Source of the DNA: a candidate division FCPU426 bacterium
Lineage (GTDB): Bacteria; Oederibacteriota; JAAXVQ01; JAUVAV01
Reading direction: 5' to 3'
DNA: 64,000 bases
NCBI GenBank assembly: GCA_040756875.1
Contig: JBFLYH010000003.1
Coordinates: 320,001-384,000 of the forward strand
Of the stretch, positions 25,887-35,805 are shown piece by piece; position 1 is the stretch's first letter; each line of letters begins with the position of its first letter. A model generated the notes under the pieces. That model did not search any database and was not told where the DNA came from. It saw nothing but the letters and a program-made list of their open reading frames with translations. Both the position numbers and the translations under genes were made by a program.

Positions 25887-27089
25887 TCAGCGTTCCAGCC
25901 ACTCCAGCGGGTCGAGCGCTTCGCCCCGCCGGCGGATTTCAAAGTATAAAACCGGCCCTTTCCAGGTGCCGGAGTCGCCCAATTCACCGATCACCTGGCC
26001 GGATTGCACCGTTTGGCCTTCGGAAACCAGGATTTTCTGCAGGTGGGCATACACGCTGTTGAACCCGGCGCCATGGTCCAGTATTACCATGCGGCCGTAG
26101 CCCTCGAACCATTCGGCGAACAGCACTTCGCCCTGGGCGACGGAAAAAACATTTTGACCCATCGCTCCGGCGATGTCAATTCCTTTGTGTAATATATAGG
26201 TATTAAAGCGGGGATGCTTGGCCCGGCCAAAGCGCGTGACGACCCTGCCCCGGGTCGGCCAGGGGAGGGCCCGGCGCTGCTGGGCGAATTGCCGGCCGGA
26301 CTGGGCCAGGCGTTTGGAAATGCGCCGCGCGCGCCGCTCCAGCTCCGCGATCAAGGCGGTCAGGCGCTGCGAGGCCTCATTGAGTTCGCGCAGGGCCTCT
26401 TCCTGTTCGGTGCGTTCCTGCCGGACCCGCCCCAGGATTTTTTCGCGGCTGAGCTTGTGGGCCTTGATCTTGTCCACGGTCCGGCGGGCGGCCTCTTCCA
26501 GATCCGACGCCTGGTCTTCGCGCTGCCCGAGTTCGGCCTGCTGGGACAGCATCTGGGTCCTGCGCAGCAGCATTTGCCGGATCAGATCCCCGTTTTGCGC
26601 CGCCAGCACGTGGAAAAATTTCACCCGCGCGAGGCCCTGGCTCAGCGAAGGCGAAGTCAGCAAGGTCCGCCAGAACCCCGCCTGCTGCTCCCGGTAAAGC
26701 AGCCGCAGGCGCACGGCTAGCAGGGCGCGCAATTGATCCACTGCAGCCTGATTTTGCTTCAACTTGAACTGCAAGTTGGCGATGGCCGTGCGCACCAGGC
26801 GAAGATTGCCTACCTGCTCTTCGTGCTGGGCCTCGGCTTCCTCGATTTTCTGGCCAACCTGCTGGATTTCGGAAAGGATGGAGCGTTCGCGCCGGCGTTT
26901 CTGGCGAACGGTTTGCTCGGTCTGCCGGATCTGTTCACGCATTTCCTTTAGACCCCGGCGCTCCTGCTTCAGATCCTGCCGCGCCCGGTTGAGTTGCTCC
27001 TGAAGTTCCTGCGGCGTCGCAGCCGCGGCGGAAAGCGGAGTGAACACACCCAGCAAAAGCGCGGCCACCCCGATCAGCCGGGAAGTCAC
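25887..27089 (-). CDS. envC: Murein hydrolase activator EnvC-like (coiled coil + M23)
   Basis: Signal peptide, long coiled coil, HKGID, VYAHL, LYFEIR. GTG start overlaps the ftsX stop. Lies in an ftsEX operon. Confidence 0.85.
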   Translation of the reverse strand: MTSRLIGVAALLLGVFTPLSAAAATPQELQEQLNRARQDLKQERRGLKEMREQIRQTEQTVRQKRRRERSILSEIQQVGQKIEEAEAQHEEQVGNLRLVRTAIANLQFKLKQNQAAVDQLRALLAVRLRLLYREQQAGFWRTLLTSPSLSQGLARVKFFHVLAAQNGDLIRQMLLRRTQMLSQQAELGQREDQASDLEEAARRTVDKIKAHKLSREKILGRVRQERTEQEEALRELNEASQRLTALIAELERRARRISKRLAQSGRQFAQQRRALPWPTRGRVVTRFGRAKHPRFNTYILHKGIDIAGAMGQNVFSVAQGEVLFAEWFEGYGRMVILDHGAGFNSVYAHLQKILVSEGQTVQSGQVIGELGDSGTWKGPVLYFEIRRRGEALDPLEWLER

Positions 27090-27965
27090 TCCACCAACTC
27101 CCGGCCCACGGAGACCAGGCTTCCCACCAAACCCAGGAAAGCTCCGGCTGCCATGAGCGCGGCCCAACCGGCGAGCGCCTGCCTGCCCGTATCCGGAGGC
27201 AGCAGCGCATCCAGGTCGAGCCCCAATTCGCCGCGGGCGAAGAACACCAGCAAGGACCAGAGGCCCCACAGCAGGCAGCCGGCCACCAGCCCCCCCAAAA
27301 TGCCCTGAATCCCTCCCCAAATCAGAAAAGGCCCCCGGATGAAGGCGTCGGTGGCTCCGATCAAGCGCATGAGGCTGATCTCCTCGCGGCGGGCAAAGAC
27401 CATCAGACTGATGATATTGCCGATCACGATCACCGCAGCCAGGACCAAGGCGGCGGTCAGCACCAGTACCGCCAGACGCACGAAGAGCAGGGCGCGTAAA
27501 AAGCGCTCGGCGTCGCCTCCGCCGTAACTGATCTCGGCCGCGTCCGGAAACTGCTTGAGCCAGGAAGCGAACCGGGAGACGTTTTCCGGGGTTTTGTCCC
27601 ACAAATCGATGCGGATCGAAGCGGGCAGCGGGTTCTCGCCCAGCACGGCCAGGAGTTCGGAGAGCGTCGGATCGCCGTTGAAGCTTTCCAACGCCTCCTC
27701 GCGCGTCTGGTAAACCGCGCTCGCCACCTGGGGATAATCCTTGATTTTGGTGATCAGCGCCTCCACGCGCTTGGCGTCGGCGTCGTCGCGCAGGAACAGC
27801 ACGACCTCGATCTTGTCCTGGAAAAAGCGGGTCAGTTGAAAAATGCCCAGATTGAGCACCAAAACCAGCCCCAGGGCCATGAGAGACATGCTCATGGCTC
27901 CCAGGGAGACCAGGTTCAGGCGCTTCGAGCGCCCGAGGCTTCGCACCGCCTCGCGGACAATGTAG

Positions 27966-27976
<11 letters not shown>
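27086..27976 (-). CDS. ftsX: Cell division permease FtsX
   Basis: ENPLPAS, ARREEISLMRLIGAT...IRGPF, four TM helices. Confidence 0.93.
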
Positions 27977-28643
<667 letters not shown>

Positions 28644-28649
28644 GGTTTG

Positions 28650-28678
28650 ATTATAAATCCCCGTTCGTTGCGGGTCAA
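28650..28678 (-). promoter_or_regulatory. sigma70 promoter of ftsE, probably leaderless
   Basis: TTGACC, 17 bp, TATAAT, 6 nt, ATG. No SD. Confidence 0.7.
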
Positions 28679-29715
28679 TGTCCGCTTGGCCGCAGGCCCC
28701 AGGCGCGCAGCTGGCTCCGCACCCGGTCCGCACCCAGGCGGGAAGCCTCGCGCAGCGGCTTCAAGCGCTTTTTCAGCCCGGCCCGCAGTCCATTCCGCTG
28801 CCTTAGGATACGGCGCAGGGTCGCTCCGGCTTTTCCGGGTTCAAGCTCCATCTGCCCCAGTTCCTGCAGAAGGCGCGCGAGCTTGGGGTCTTGGCCGAAA
28901 CCCGTCACTACGGCGCCGGCCTGGGCGCCGAGCACCAGGCCGTGGTAGCGCTGGCTGATGACGAGTTCCGCGTCCGCGAACCAGCGCACGGCGCCTTCGG
29001 AGGCGGCGATGAATTCGCAGTCGTGAAAAGCAGCCCGGCGGCGCAAGCGCTCCAGCAGTTCCCCGTCGCCGCGGTTCCCAAGGGCCACAAATCGGAGGTT
29101 GCGACCAGCCGCCCGGGCGAAGATCAGAATTTCCTCCAACCACGAGGGGACTTTATATTTCAACCAATCCGCACGTAGACATATGACCCATGTTTTTCCC
29201 GAACGGTCTTTCTGCCAGGGCCGCAGCCATACCAGATCGCCGCCGGTTTGTACACGGGCCGGCTCCAATCCCTGTTCCAAGCACCAAGCCGAACTTTCCG
29301 GATCGCGCGGGATCACAAGGTCCGCGCGGCGCAGGACCTGTTTCGCCAGCCAGCGGTTCCCTGCCCAGCGCAAAGGGATAAAGCCCTGCCCCCACACGAT
29401 GGTCCGCTTGCCCAGCCGCCGGGCCCAGTCCAGGAGGCCCAGGTAATAGGCCGGAGAGAAGGGACCGGACACATCCTGCACCAGGCCGCCCCCGCCGGAA
29501 ATAAAAACCCGGCAGGCCTGCAGTTCCCGCCAGAGCGCGACTGGCTGCCAGCGGGACGCGGCGCGCACGCCATGCCGCGCCTCGGTCGCCCGGGGGTCCT
29601 GCGAGAGAACGGTGATCTGTCCGCGCCACGGCGCCAGGGCATGTAGCAGGCCTTCCAGGATCAGCTCGTCGCCTTCATTACCGAAGCCGTAGTAGCCGGA
29701 AACCAGGATGGTCAC
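28675..29715 (-). CDS. csaB: Polysaccharide pyruvyl transferase CsaB-like
   Basis: SGYYGFGNEGDE, SGGGGLVQD, YYL, GQG, RYHGLV motifs. Confidence 0.87.
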   Translation of the reverse strand: MTILVSGYYGFGNEGDELILEGLLHALAPWRGQITVLSQDPRATEARHGVRAASRWQPVALWRELQACRVFISGGGGLVQDVSGPFSPAYYLGLLDWARRLGKRTIVWGQGFIPLRWAGNRWLAKQVLRRADLVIPRDPESSAWCLEQGLEPARVQTGGDLVWLRPWQKDRSGKTWVICLRADWLKYKVPSWLEEILIFARAAGRNLRFVALGNRGDGELLERLRRRAAFHDCEFIAASEGAVRWFADAELVISQRYHGLVLGAQAGAVVTGFGQDPKLARLLQELGQMELEPGKAGATLRRILRQRNGLRAGLKKRLKPLREASRLGADRVRSQLRAWGLRPSGH

Positions 29716-29766
29716 AAAACTCCCCTTTCGTCTTTCGCCTATCGTGTTTCGTCTTATTCGTTTCCA

Positions 29767-29806
29767 CCCCTCACCCTACCCTCTCCCCGCAAGCGGGGCG
29801 AGGGGG
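29767..29806 (+). repeat. BoxC-like pyrimidine tail + GC hairpin intergenic repeat, copy 1
   Basis: CCCCTCACCCTACCCTCTCCCCGCAAGCGGGGCGAGGGGG. Related copies at 32913-32957 (inverted) and about 33032-33074. Confidence 0.7.
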
Positions 29807-29907
29807 AATACTATTCATGCTGGTTCTGCAATCAGCAACCATGGAGCCCCCCGGCGACTGAAAGAAGTCCCTTTAGGAACCGAAGGACCCGGGGCCTGCG
29901 CAGGGGA

Positions 29908-31869
29908 TCAAGGACTTCCCCTCTCGCCTCTCGCCTCTCGTCCTTTCGTTTTGAGAAGCCAGGCGTGCCATCCCAATACTCCCGCCAGCAGCAGCCCAAA
30001 CACCAATGCTCCCAGCCACAGGCCGTGCAGCGTGCGCAGGGCGGTGATGGCCAGGGGCGTGTGCACGTGCATGAAACTATTGATCAGGGAAATTTGCCCC
30101 AGCAGGCCGAGCCAGAGGCACCAGCGCGGCCACAGCCGTTCGCCGGCCGGCCGCCAGTGCCGGCCGAACAATCCCAGGAGCAGCAAAGGATGCCCGAAAA
30201 GAAATTCTTTCAGCCGCGGCCTGACGCCCAGCCAGGTTTCCAGGTGGTCGCGAAACGCGAGCTCCAGGGAAGAAGCCGGAGCCCAGGTGGTGTTGCCGGT
30301 CCGCAGCCACAGCAGCCATCCCAGCGCGGCCAGCAGCGCCGCGCCCAGCACCAAAGCTGGCAGCCGTTTGGGCTTCCATTGCCGCCGCCACCAGGCCGGA
30401 TCCGTCACGTCCGGAAAAAGATAGACACCTGCCAGTGCCAGGGGCAGCCCGTAGGCGGCCTTCACGCCCCAAAAACCGTCCACGCCCAGGATAAAATCCC
30501 GCTGGTACAGCAAGGCGGCGATGGCCAGGCCGGCGAGCGCGTTCCAAAAAACCAGGAGCGCAAATTCCTGCAAAGCCAAGCCGACGGCGCGTTGCCACGA
30601 GGCGGCAGGCCGGGGCGTTTCCAGCTTCAAGGCGTCGAGCGTCAGCAGCGGAACCAGGACCGCCAGCAGCCAGGCGGCGATCTTCGCGCCCCAAGCCGCC
30701 GACCCCTCCCCGTGCAGAATGAAAAGCGCCAACACCCCGAAGAGCGCCAGCCAGCGGAAGTAGAGCGGCCGTAAACGGATGGTCAGCACGCGCTCGATGG
30801 TGCCCGGGTCGCGGCCCGTGACCGCGGCGGCCCAGAGCGCCGCCTGCCAGGCGAAAAGGAAAATGATCGCCCCCACGCCCAGGTACAGCACTCCGGCCGC
30901 CACGTGGCCGAGGCGCCCGGCCGCCTGGCCGGCTGACGGCCCGCGGGCGATGCCGAAGCGGTCGAGATCCCGCGTTACGTCCTGCAGCAGTTCCAGGCTG
31001 CGGCTGAACGGCCACGCCGCCGGAGGGTTCAGGTATAGGAACCCCACCTGCCGCTCGCGGACCGCGCGCACCAGCCGGCGCCGGAGCTGCGAAAGCGTAT
31101 GCCGCGAGGCCTCGCGGCCTTCCAGCACGTGCGCCCGGATCAGGGTTCTTCCCGACTGGCGCTGCAGCACGGGCAATGCGCTTCTGACCAGGGAAAACTC
31201 GGGAATCGCAGCCGCCGGCCGGCGCAACCAAGGGGTGCGGAAATAAGACCTGAAAAACGCGGCGGCATTGAGGCCGCCCTTCCAGATGGGAATGACCACC
31301 TCGGGCTGTAGCGAAGACAGCGCGCCGGTGAATTGGTTGAGGTCGTCCGTAACGCCCCAATCCCCGGCCGGCAGGGCCAGGGCACGGCGAAACCCCTCGG
31401 GCATGGGGCCGGCCGGAATTTCGAGGATGAAGCGGTCGGGCATGATTTTCGGAAGCGGCGCGGGCAGGGTGACGTCGCAGATGAATTGCTGGTCGCGGAT
31501 GCGGACCTGCAGGGCATCCAACCCGAACTGGCCGGTCAGATACACCACCGCATTGCTGGTTAACAGCGTGTCCGCGAGCCTGATTTCGATCCGCTCGGGC
31601 GCCGGATGCCAGGCTTCGGCCAGTCCGAAGCGGAGCATGTCCTGAAGGGTGTACGGCTCCCGCACCAGGGTCGTGACGCCCGCGGCCCGCAGGGCCTGCG
31701 GCGCCTCCGGATCCTTGGCGGTTTCAGCCAGCAAGCGCTGCTCGGAAAACGCGATTTCCACCCGCCGCGGCCTCGTCTCCCGGTCGAGGCGCTGCAGCGT
31801 CAGCCCGGCCACCCAGCCCAGGCCCGCCACCAGCAGCAAAGCCGCGGCCCAGCGCTCCAGCGGCTTCAT
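29908..31869 (-). CDS. DUF5693-like membrane protein
   Basis: RAVRERQV, FWGVKAAY, LRTGN, RPRLKEFLFGHP, GQISLINSFMHVHTP motifs. Adjacent to csaB, as this family typically is. Confidence 0.75.
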   Translation of the reverse strand: MKPLERWAAALLLVAGLGWVAGLTLQRLDRETRPRRVEIAFSEQRLLAETAKDPEAPQALRAAGVTTLVREPYTLQDMLRFGLAEAWHPAPERIEIRLADTLLTSNAVVYLTGQFGLDALQVRIRDQQFICDVTLPAPLPKIMPDRFILEIPAGPMPEGFRRALALPAGDWGVTDDLNQFTGALSSLQPEVVIPIWKGGLNAAAFFRSYFRTPWLRRPAAAIPEFSLVRSALPVLQRQSGRTLIRAHVLEGREASRHTLSQLRRRLVRAVRERQVGFLYLNPPAAWPFSRSLELLQDVTRDLDRFGIARGPSAGQAAGRLGHVAAGVLYLGVGAIIFLFAWQAALWAAAVTGRDPGTIERVLTIRLRPLYFRWLALFGVLALFILHGEGSAAWGAKIAAWLLAVLVPLLTLDALKLETPRPAASWQRAVGLALQEFALLVFWNALAGLAIAALLYQRDFILGVDGFWGVKAAYGLPLALAGVYLFPDVTDPAWWRRQWKPKRLPALVLGAALLAALGWLLWLRTGNTTWAPASSLELAFRDHLETWLGVRPRLKEFLFGHPLLLLGLFGRHWRPAGERLWPRWCLWLGLLGQISLINSFMHVHTPLAITALRTLHGLWLGALVFGLLLAGVLGWHAWLLKTKGREARGERGSP

Positions 31870-32876
31870 TTCGGCGCAACGGGATGGAGGCGTTTTTGCC
31901 GCCATTTAGCGCGCTTGTGCGCGTCGAAATCTTCGGAAAAAATGTGCCGTCCGTCCGGGCCCAGCACGAAAAACAGGTATTGGGTTTGGGCCGGATGGGC
32001 GGCGGCGCGGATCGCGGCCAGCCCCGGATTGCCGATGGGCCCCGGCGGCAGGCCGAAATGGCGGTAGGTGTTGTAAGGCGAAACCGTCTGCAGATCCTCC
32101 AGGCTCAAGCTGCCGGAAAGGCGCCCCTGGCTGTAGAGCACGGTGGCGCAGGATTCCAGGCGCTTGTGGCCGTGCAGGCGGTTGTAAAAAATGGAAGCCA
32201 CGATTTCAAGTTCATCGCGGTGCGCCACTTCCCGTTCGAGAATGGAGGCCAGGGTGATGAGCTCAAGCGGTTTCAAGCCCTGGGCCTCGCCGGCCGCGAA
32301 CAGGTCCTGTCCCACCTGGGCGTGAAACCGTTCGACCATGCGCCGCGCAATCTCCTTGGGGCTCAGGCCCTTGGTCAAGCGATAGGTGTCTGGAAACAGG
32401 AAGCCCTCCAGGCCGGCGGCCGGAACGCCCCATTCCTTGGCCACTTCAGGGTCCCGGACCACTTCCATAAACGCCTCGCGGCCGGCCAGCCCGGCCTGTT
32501 CCAGGCGTTCAGCAATTTGAGCTGCGGTAAAGCCTTCGGGCACGGCCAGCGGCCGCTGCACCACATCGCCGGCCACCAGGCGGTGCACGACCTGAGGCAA
32601 GGGCTGGCGCGGCGGGAACTCATATTCCCCGGCCTTGAGCCGGCGGGCCGAACCGGTGAGCAGCACATAGGCCCTGAAAGCCCACGGCTGGCGGATCACG
32701 TTGGCCTCGTGCAATTGCCGGGCCATGGCCTGCGTCCGCGTTCCAGGCGCGATCTCCACCAGGCGCGCGGACGTCCCGGGCGTTCCGCTTAAAGCCAGCC
32801 ACGCCAGCAACCAGAGTACGGCTGCGCCGCACAACGCGATCAGCCACCACCACGGGCGGCGCAGAGAAAGGAACAT
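31866..32876 (-). CDS. mltG: Endolytic transglycosylase MltG
   Basis: LKAGEY, VPEGFT, LEGFLFPDTY, LASILERE, SPYNTY, GLPPGPIGNPG. Confidence 0.95.
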   Translation of the reverse strand: MFLSLRRPWWWLIALCGAAVLWLLAWLALSGTPGTSARLVEIAPGTRTQAMARQLHEANVIRQPWAFRAYVLLTGSARRLKAGEYEFPPRQPLPQVVHRLVAGDVVQRPLAVPEGFTAAQIAERLEQAGLAGREAFMEVVRDPEVAKEWGVPAAGLEGFLFPDTYRLTKGLSPKEIARRMVERFHAQVGQDLFAAGEAQGLKPLELITLASILEREVAHRDELEIVASIFYNRLHGHKRLESCATVLYSQGRLSGSLSLEDLQTVSPYNTYRHFGLPPGPIGNPGLAAIRAAAHPAQTQYLFFVLGPDGRHIFSEDFDAHKRAKWRQKRLHPVAPK

Positions 32877-32912
32877 AAGGATTCTTTCCTTCGATAAGAA
32901 TTAACAAAATAT

Positions 32913-33074
32913 CCCCTCTCCCCGGCGACAGCCGCGGGAGAGGGCGAGGGTGAGGGGTCCAGCAATTCTTTTTAATGCTTGAGGAAATCTGTAGGTAATT
33001 ATCTTCTAATGCTTTCCTTGTTTTAAAGGAGCCCCCTCCCCTTCATACCCTCCCGCCATGTCCTGGGGAGGGGA
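32913..33074. repeat. Inverted pair of BoxC-like repeats flanking an AT-rich spacer
   Basis: 32913-32957 is a reverse-complement copy of the 29767 family. About 33032-33074 is a degenerate forward copy. Confidence 0.6.
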
Positions 33075-33128
33075 GAAGAGGTGATAGAGCGTTTATATCA
33101 TAGTCGCAGGACAGGTTCAATCTTGGCT

Positions 33129-34529
33129 CTACCGCATGATGGCCAGTTTGCCCCGGCGGGAACGGCCTTCAGGATCGGTAATAATATATAGATAGACTCC
33201 GGAAGCCACGGAACGGCCCTGTTCATTGGTCAACGCCCATTGCGCGCGGCCGTTGTCACCAGGGTTCCGGGTTTGTCCGCCGTCGGCTACCAGGCCGGGC
33301 GCCAGCGTGGTGACGCGGCGGCCATCGAGCGAATAAATGCGGATGGTGGCGTTGAGGCTCAGGTTGAGGAAGATGATCCTGGGCCTCACCCAGGGCAGTT
33401 CGCCGTTCCAGGGATTGGGATAGACAACCACATTCTCCAAATCCGGCGCATTGCGCAGCGGTGTGGGCGATATCGTCATGGTCGGCGTGATCGTGGACGT
33501 GGGGCTGATGGTGCTGGTGGGAGAAATCGTAAAGGTCGGCGTAATGGTCGGCGTGGGCGTTATGGTCGGCGTGGCCGAAGCCGTAGGCGAGGCCGTGCGG
33601 GTCGGCGTAATAGTGGACGTGGGCGTGATCGTCGAAGTGGGGGTGATGGTGGGCGTCGGCGTCGGCGTATAGACCGGCGAATTCGTGCAAGTCGGCGAGA
33701 TGGTGGAAGTCAGGGTAATGGTGGGCGTGGCCGTAAACGTGGGCGAATGGGTGAAGGTTTCGGTCTGAGTGGCCGTGGGCGTGTGCGTGGCGCTCGCGGT
33801 CAGGGTCGGCGTGGGCGTGAAAGTTGGACTGGCTGTCGCAGTCGGCGTAATGGAAGGCGTCGCGGTTGCGGTGGCGGAATGGGTAGCCGTGGGTGTGCCC
33901 GTGAAGGTCGGGCTCTGCGTGGGCGAGGCGGTGATGGTCGGCGTGCCGGTGGTGGTGCGGGTGGCCGTGGGCGAGGCGGTCACGGTAAAAGTCGGCGTGG
34001 GCGGTATTTCCGTGGCGTAAATGCAAACCCGCCAATTGTCCGTGTAATCAGGCGAACCGAACGGATCTGGAAACGCGCCCCACGTGAAGGGCTGACGCCC
34101 GCGCAGTTTGGTGGACGACCCGTCATTGTTATACATGGCGATATACGTTCCCGAGGAGGTGACCTGGAAGCAAAACCAATAAATCACTCCGGAACTCACC
34201 GATACCGTCGAGAGGGGATAAGCATTCCAACCCTCGGCCAGGCTTTGGACGCCGCTTTCCGCGAGCAGATTGCCCGGCACGCCAAAATTATTGTCATAAA
34301 TCGCCACCCGGCCTTGGGCGCCGTTGGGAGTGGTGATGTAGATGTTGATCTGGTTGACCGAACCATCGGACGGGCATTGAAAATAGGACCCAAAGACGCC
34401 GTTGTTGGCATTGATGATATTGCTGTTGCCGGTTCCGGTTTCACCGAAAGTCACGGCGCCGGCCGGCGAAGCCGCCAGCAGCCAGACCATGGCCGCTGCC
34501 CCGAGTCCGCGTTTCATTCCAATCGTCAT
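33129..34529 (-). CDS. Secreted protein: N-terminal beta domain, Thr/Pro-rich linker, T9SS/FlgD-Ig-like CTD
   Basis: Signal peptide (AGA-V), long PTxTxT linker, C-terminal VVVYPNPW...IYSLDG...ASGVYLY...GKLAIMR. Confidence 0.85.
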   Translation of the reverse strand: MTIGMKRGLGAAAMVWLLAASPAGAVTFGETGTGNSNIINANNGVFGSYFQCPSDGSVNQINIYITTPNGAQGRVAIYDNNFGVPGNLLAESGVQSLAEGWNAYPLSTVSVSSGVIYWFCFQVTSSGTYIAMYNNDGSSTKLRGRQPFTWGAFPDPFGSPDYTDNWRVCIYATEIPPTPTFTVTASPTATRTTTGTPTITASPTQSPTFTGTPTATHSATATATPSITPTATASPTFTPTPTLTASATHTPTATQTETFTHSPTFTATPTITLTSTISPTCTNSPVYTPTPTPTITPTSTITPTSTITPTRTASPTASATPTITPTPTITPTFTISPTSTISPTSTITPTMTISPTPLRNAPDLENVVVYPNPWNGELPWVRPRIIFLNLSLNATIRIYSLDGRRVTTLAPGLVADGGQTRNPGDNGRAQWALTNEQGRSVASGVYLYIITDPEGRSRRGKLAIMR

Positions 34530-34619
34530 AAGACCTTTCCTGCCTTTTCATGCCCTTTCGTTTGTTAAACGAAAGCCAGGGTATGATAATGGCTTCCCCG
34601 CGATCAACCACGGGGAAGT

Positions 34620-35792
34620 TCATTTAAGCGTGATGGCCATTTTCCCCTTTACTAGGCGCCGGCCCTGCTGATCCTCGATCTGCAGGCGGACATAATAAAT
34701 GCCCGGAGCCAAATCCCGGGTTTGCAACTCCAGCACCGCTTCGCCTACCTGGCTGGCAAACGCGTTCCGCAGACCCAGCACCCGTTCTCCGGCCGCATTG
34801 TATACTTCCAAAAGAATAACACCCGGACCGGTAAAACCGCAAGCCAGATGCACGCGATCCCGGCCCGGCTGCGGATAAATCCGCAATCCGCCGGGGTTTT
34901 CGAACCCCGCCCTGGTCGAGGTCATTGAGGGGCTGGGCGAGGCCGCCGGGATGGGCGTTCCGGTCGGACTGACAGCAGGCAGCGGCGTTCCGGTCGGGGA
35001 AATCGAAACCGTCGGCGTGATGGTCGGCGTCGAAGTCGGCGTGTAGACCGGAGAAATCGTGCCGGTCACTGTGATCGTCCTGGTCGGGCTAAAGGTCGCG
35101 GTGCGGGTGCTCGTGGGAGTGGAGGTCGCGGTGGGAGTGCCGGAAGGCGTTGCGGTCCGGCTGACGGTTAGTGTAGGGGTAAATGTAGCGGTGGCGCTGG
35201 CGGTGACGCTGGGCGTGGGCGTGAACGTAGCCGTCCCTACCGCAGGCGTGGGCGTAAAGGTGGCCGTCACCTCGTCGGCATAAATGCAAAAACGCCACGC
35301 TTGGGCTCCGGTGGGGGAGCCGAAAGGATCCGGAAAACCAGCGTAAGTATACGGCCACCGTTCCCGGCTTTTCCAGATGCTGGGGTCATTGTTGTAGATG
35401 CCGACCGTGGCGGCGGCATTGGAAAGCTGGTTGGCCAGCCAGTAGGTTTCCCCCAAAGTCACCGCTGTATCGGGGATCACGAAAGTGTTCCAGCCCGTAA
35501 CCAGGGCTTGTGACCCGCTTTCAGCCAGCAGCGCGCCGGGGAGATTGGTTCCGCCGTTGCCGTACAGAGCCACGCGGCCGCTGGCGCCGGCGGTGATGGG
35601 AACATAAAAGACGATGCGGTTGACCGCACCCGAGGCCGGGCAGGTGAATTGAGTGGCGGTCAGGAAATTCAGGTTGTCGTAGATGGCGTCATTGCCCGTC
35701 CCCTGCTCGCCAAAGGTCACGGCCTCCGCGGCCAGGGCCAGCGGCCAAGAGAGCATGATCAATCCCGCGCCCAACCACCCTCGCAACGGCAT
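34620..35792 (-). CDS. Secreted paralog of the preceding gene with Thr/Pro linker and CTD
   Basis: Signal peptide (ALA-A), homologous N-domain AVTFGEQGTGN...CIYA, C-terminal IYPQP...VYNAAGE...APGIYY...GKMAI. Confidence 0.85.
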   Translation of the reverse strand: MPLRGWLGAGLIMLSWPLALAAEAVTFGEQGTGNDAIYDNLNFLTATQFTCPASGAVNRIVFYVPITAGASGRVALYGNGGTNLPGALLAESGSQALVTGWNTFVIPDTAVTLGETYWLANQLSNAAATVGIYNNDPSIWKSRERWPYTYAGFPDPFGSPTGAQAWRFCIYADEVTATFTPTPAVGTATFTPTPSVTASATATFTPTLTVSRTATPSGTPTATSTPTSTRTATFSPTRTITVTGTISPVYTPTSTPTITPTVSISPTGTPLPAVSPTGTPIPAASPSPSMTSTRAGFENPGGLRIYPQPGRDRVHLACGFTGPGVILLEVYNAAGERVLGLRNAFASQVGEAVLELQTRDLAPGIYYVRLQIEDQQGRRLVKGKMAITLK

Positions 35793-35805
35793 GCTTCCCC
35801 CGTAA

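Noticed and set aside
29848-29893. Hammerhead-like CTGAAAGA with flanking stems, and CTGATGAAAC on the minus strand near 41870
   Set aside because: No correctly placed CUGANGA, stem II, GAAA and UH arrangement at either site.
33460-34010. Periodic 6/18-bp DNA repeats that could suggest an array
   Set aside because: They encode Thr/Pro linkers. There is no constant repeat with unique spacers and no cas genes, so not CRISPR.
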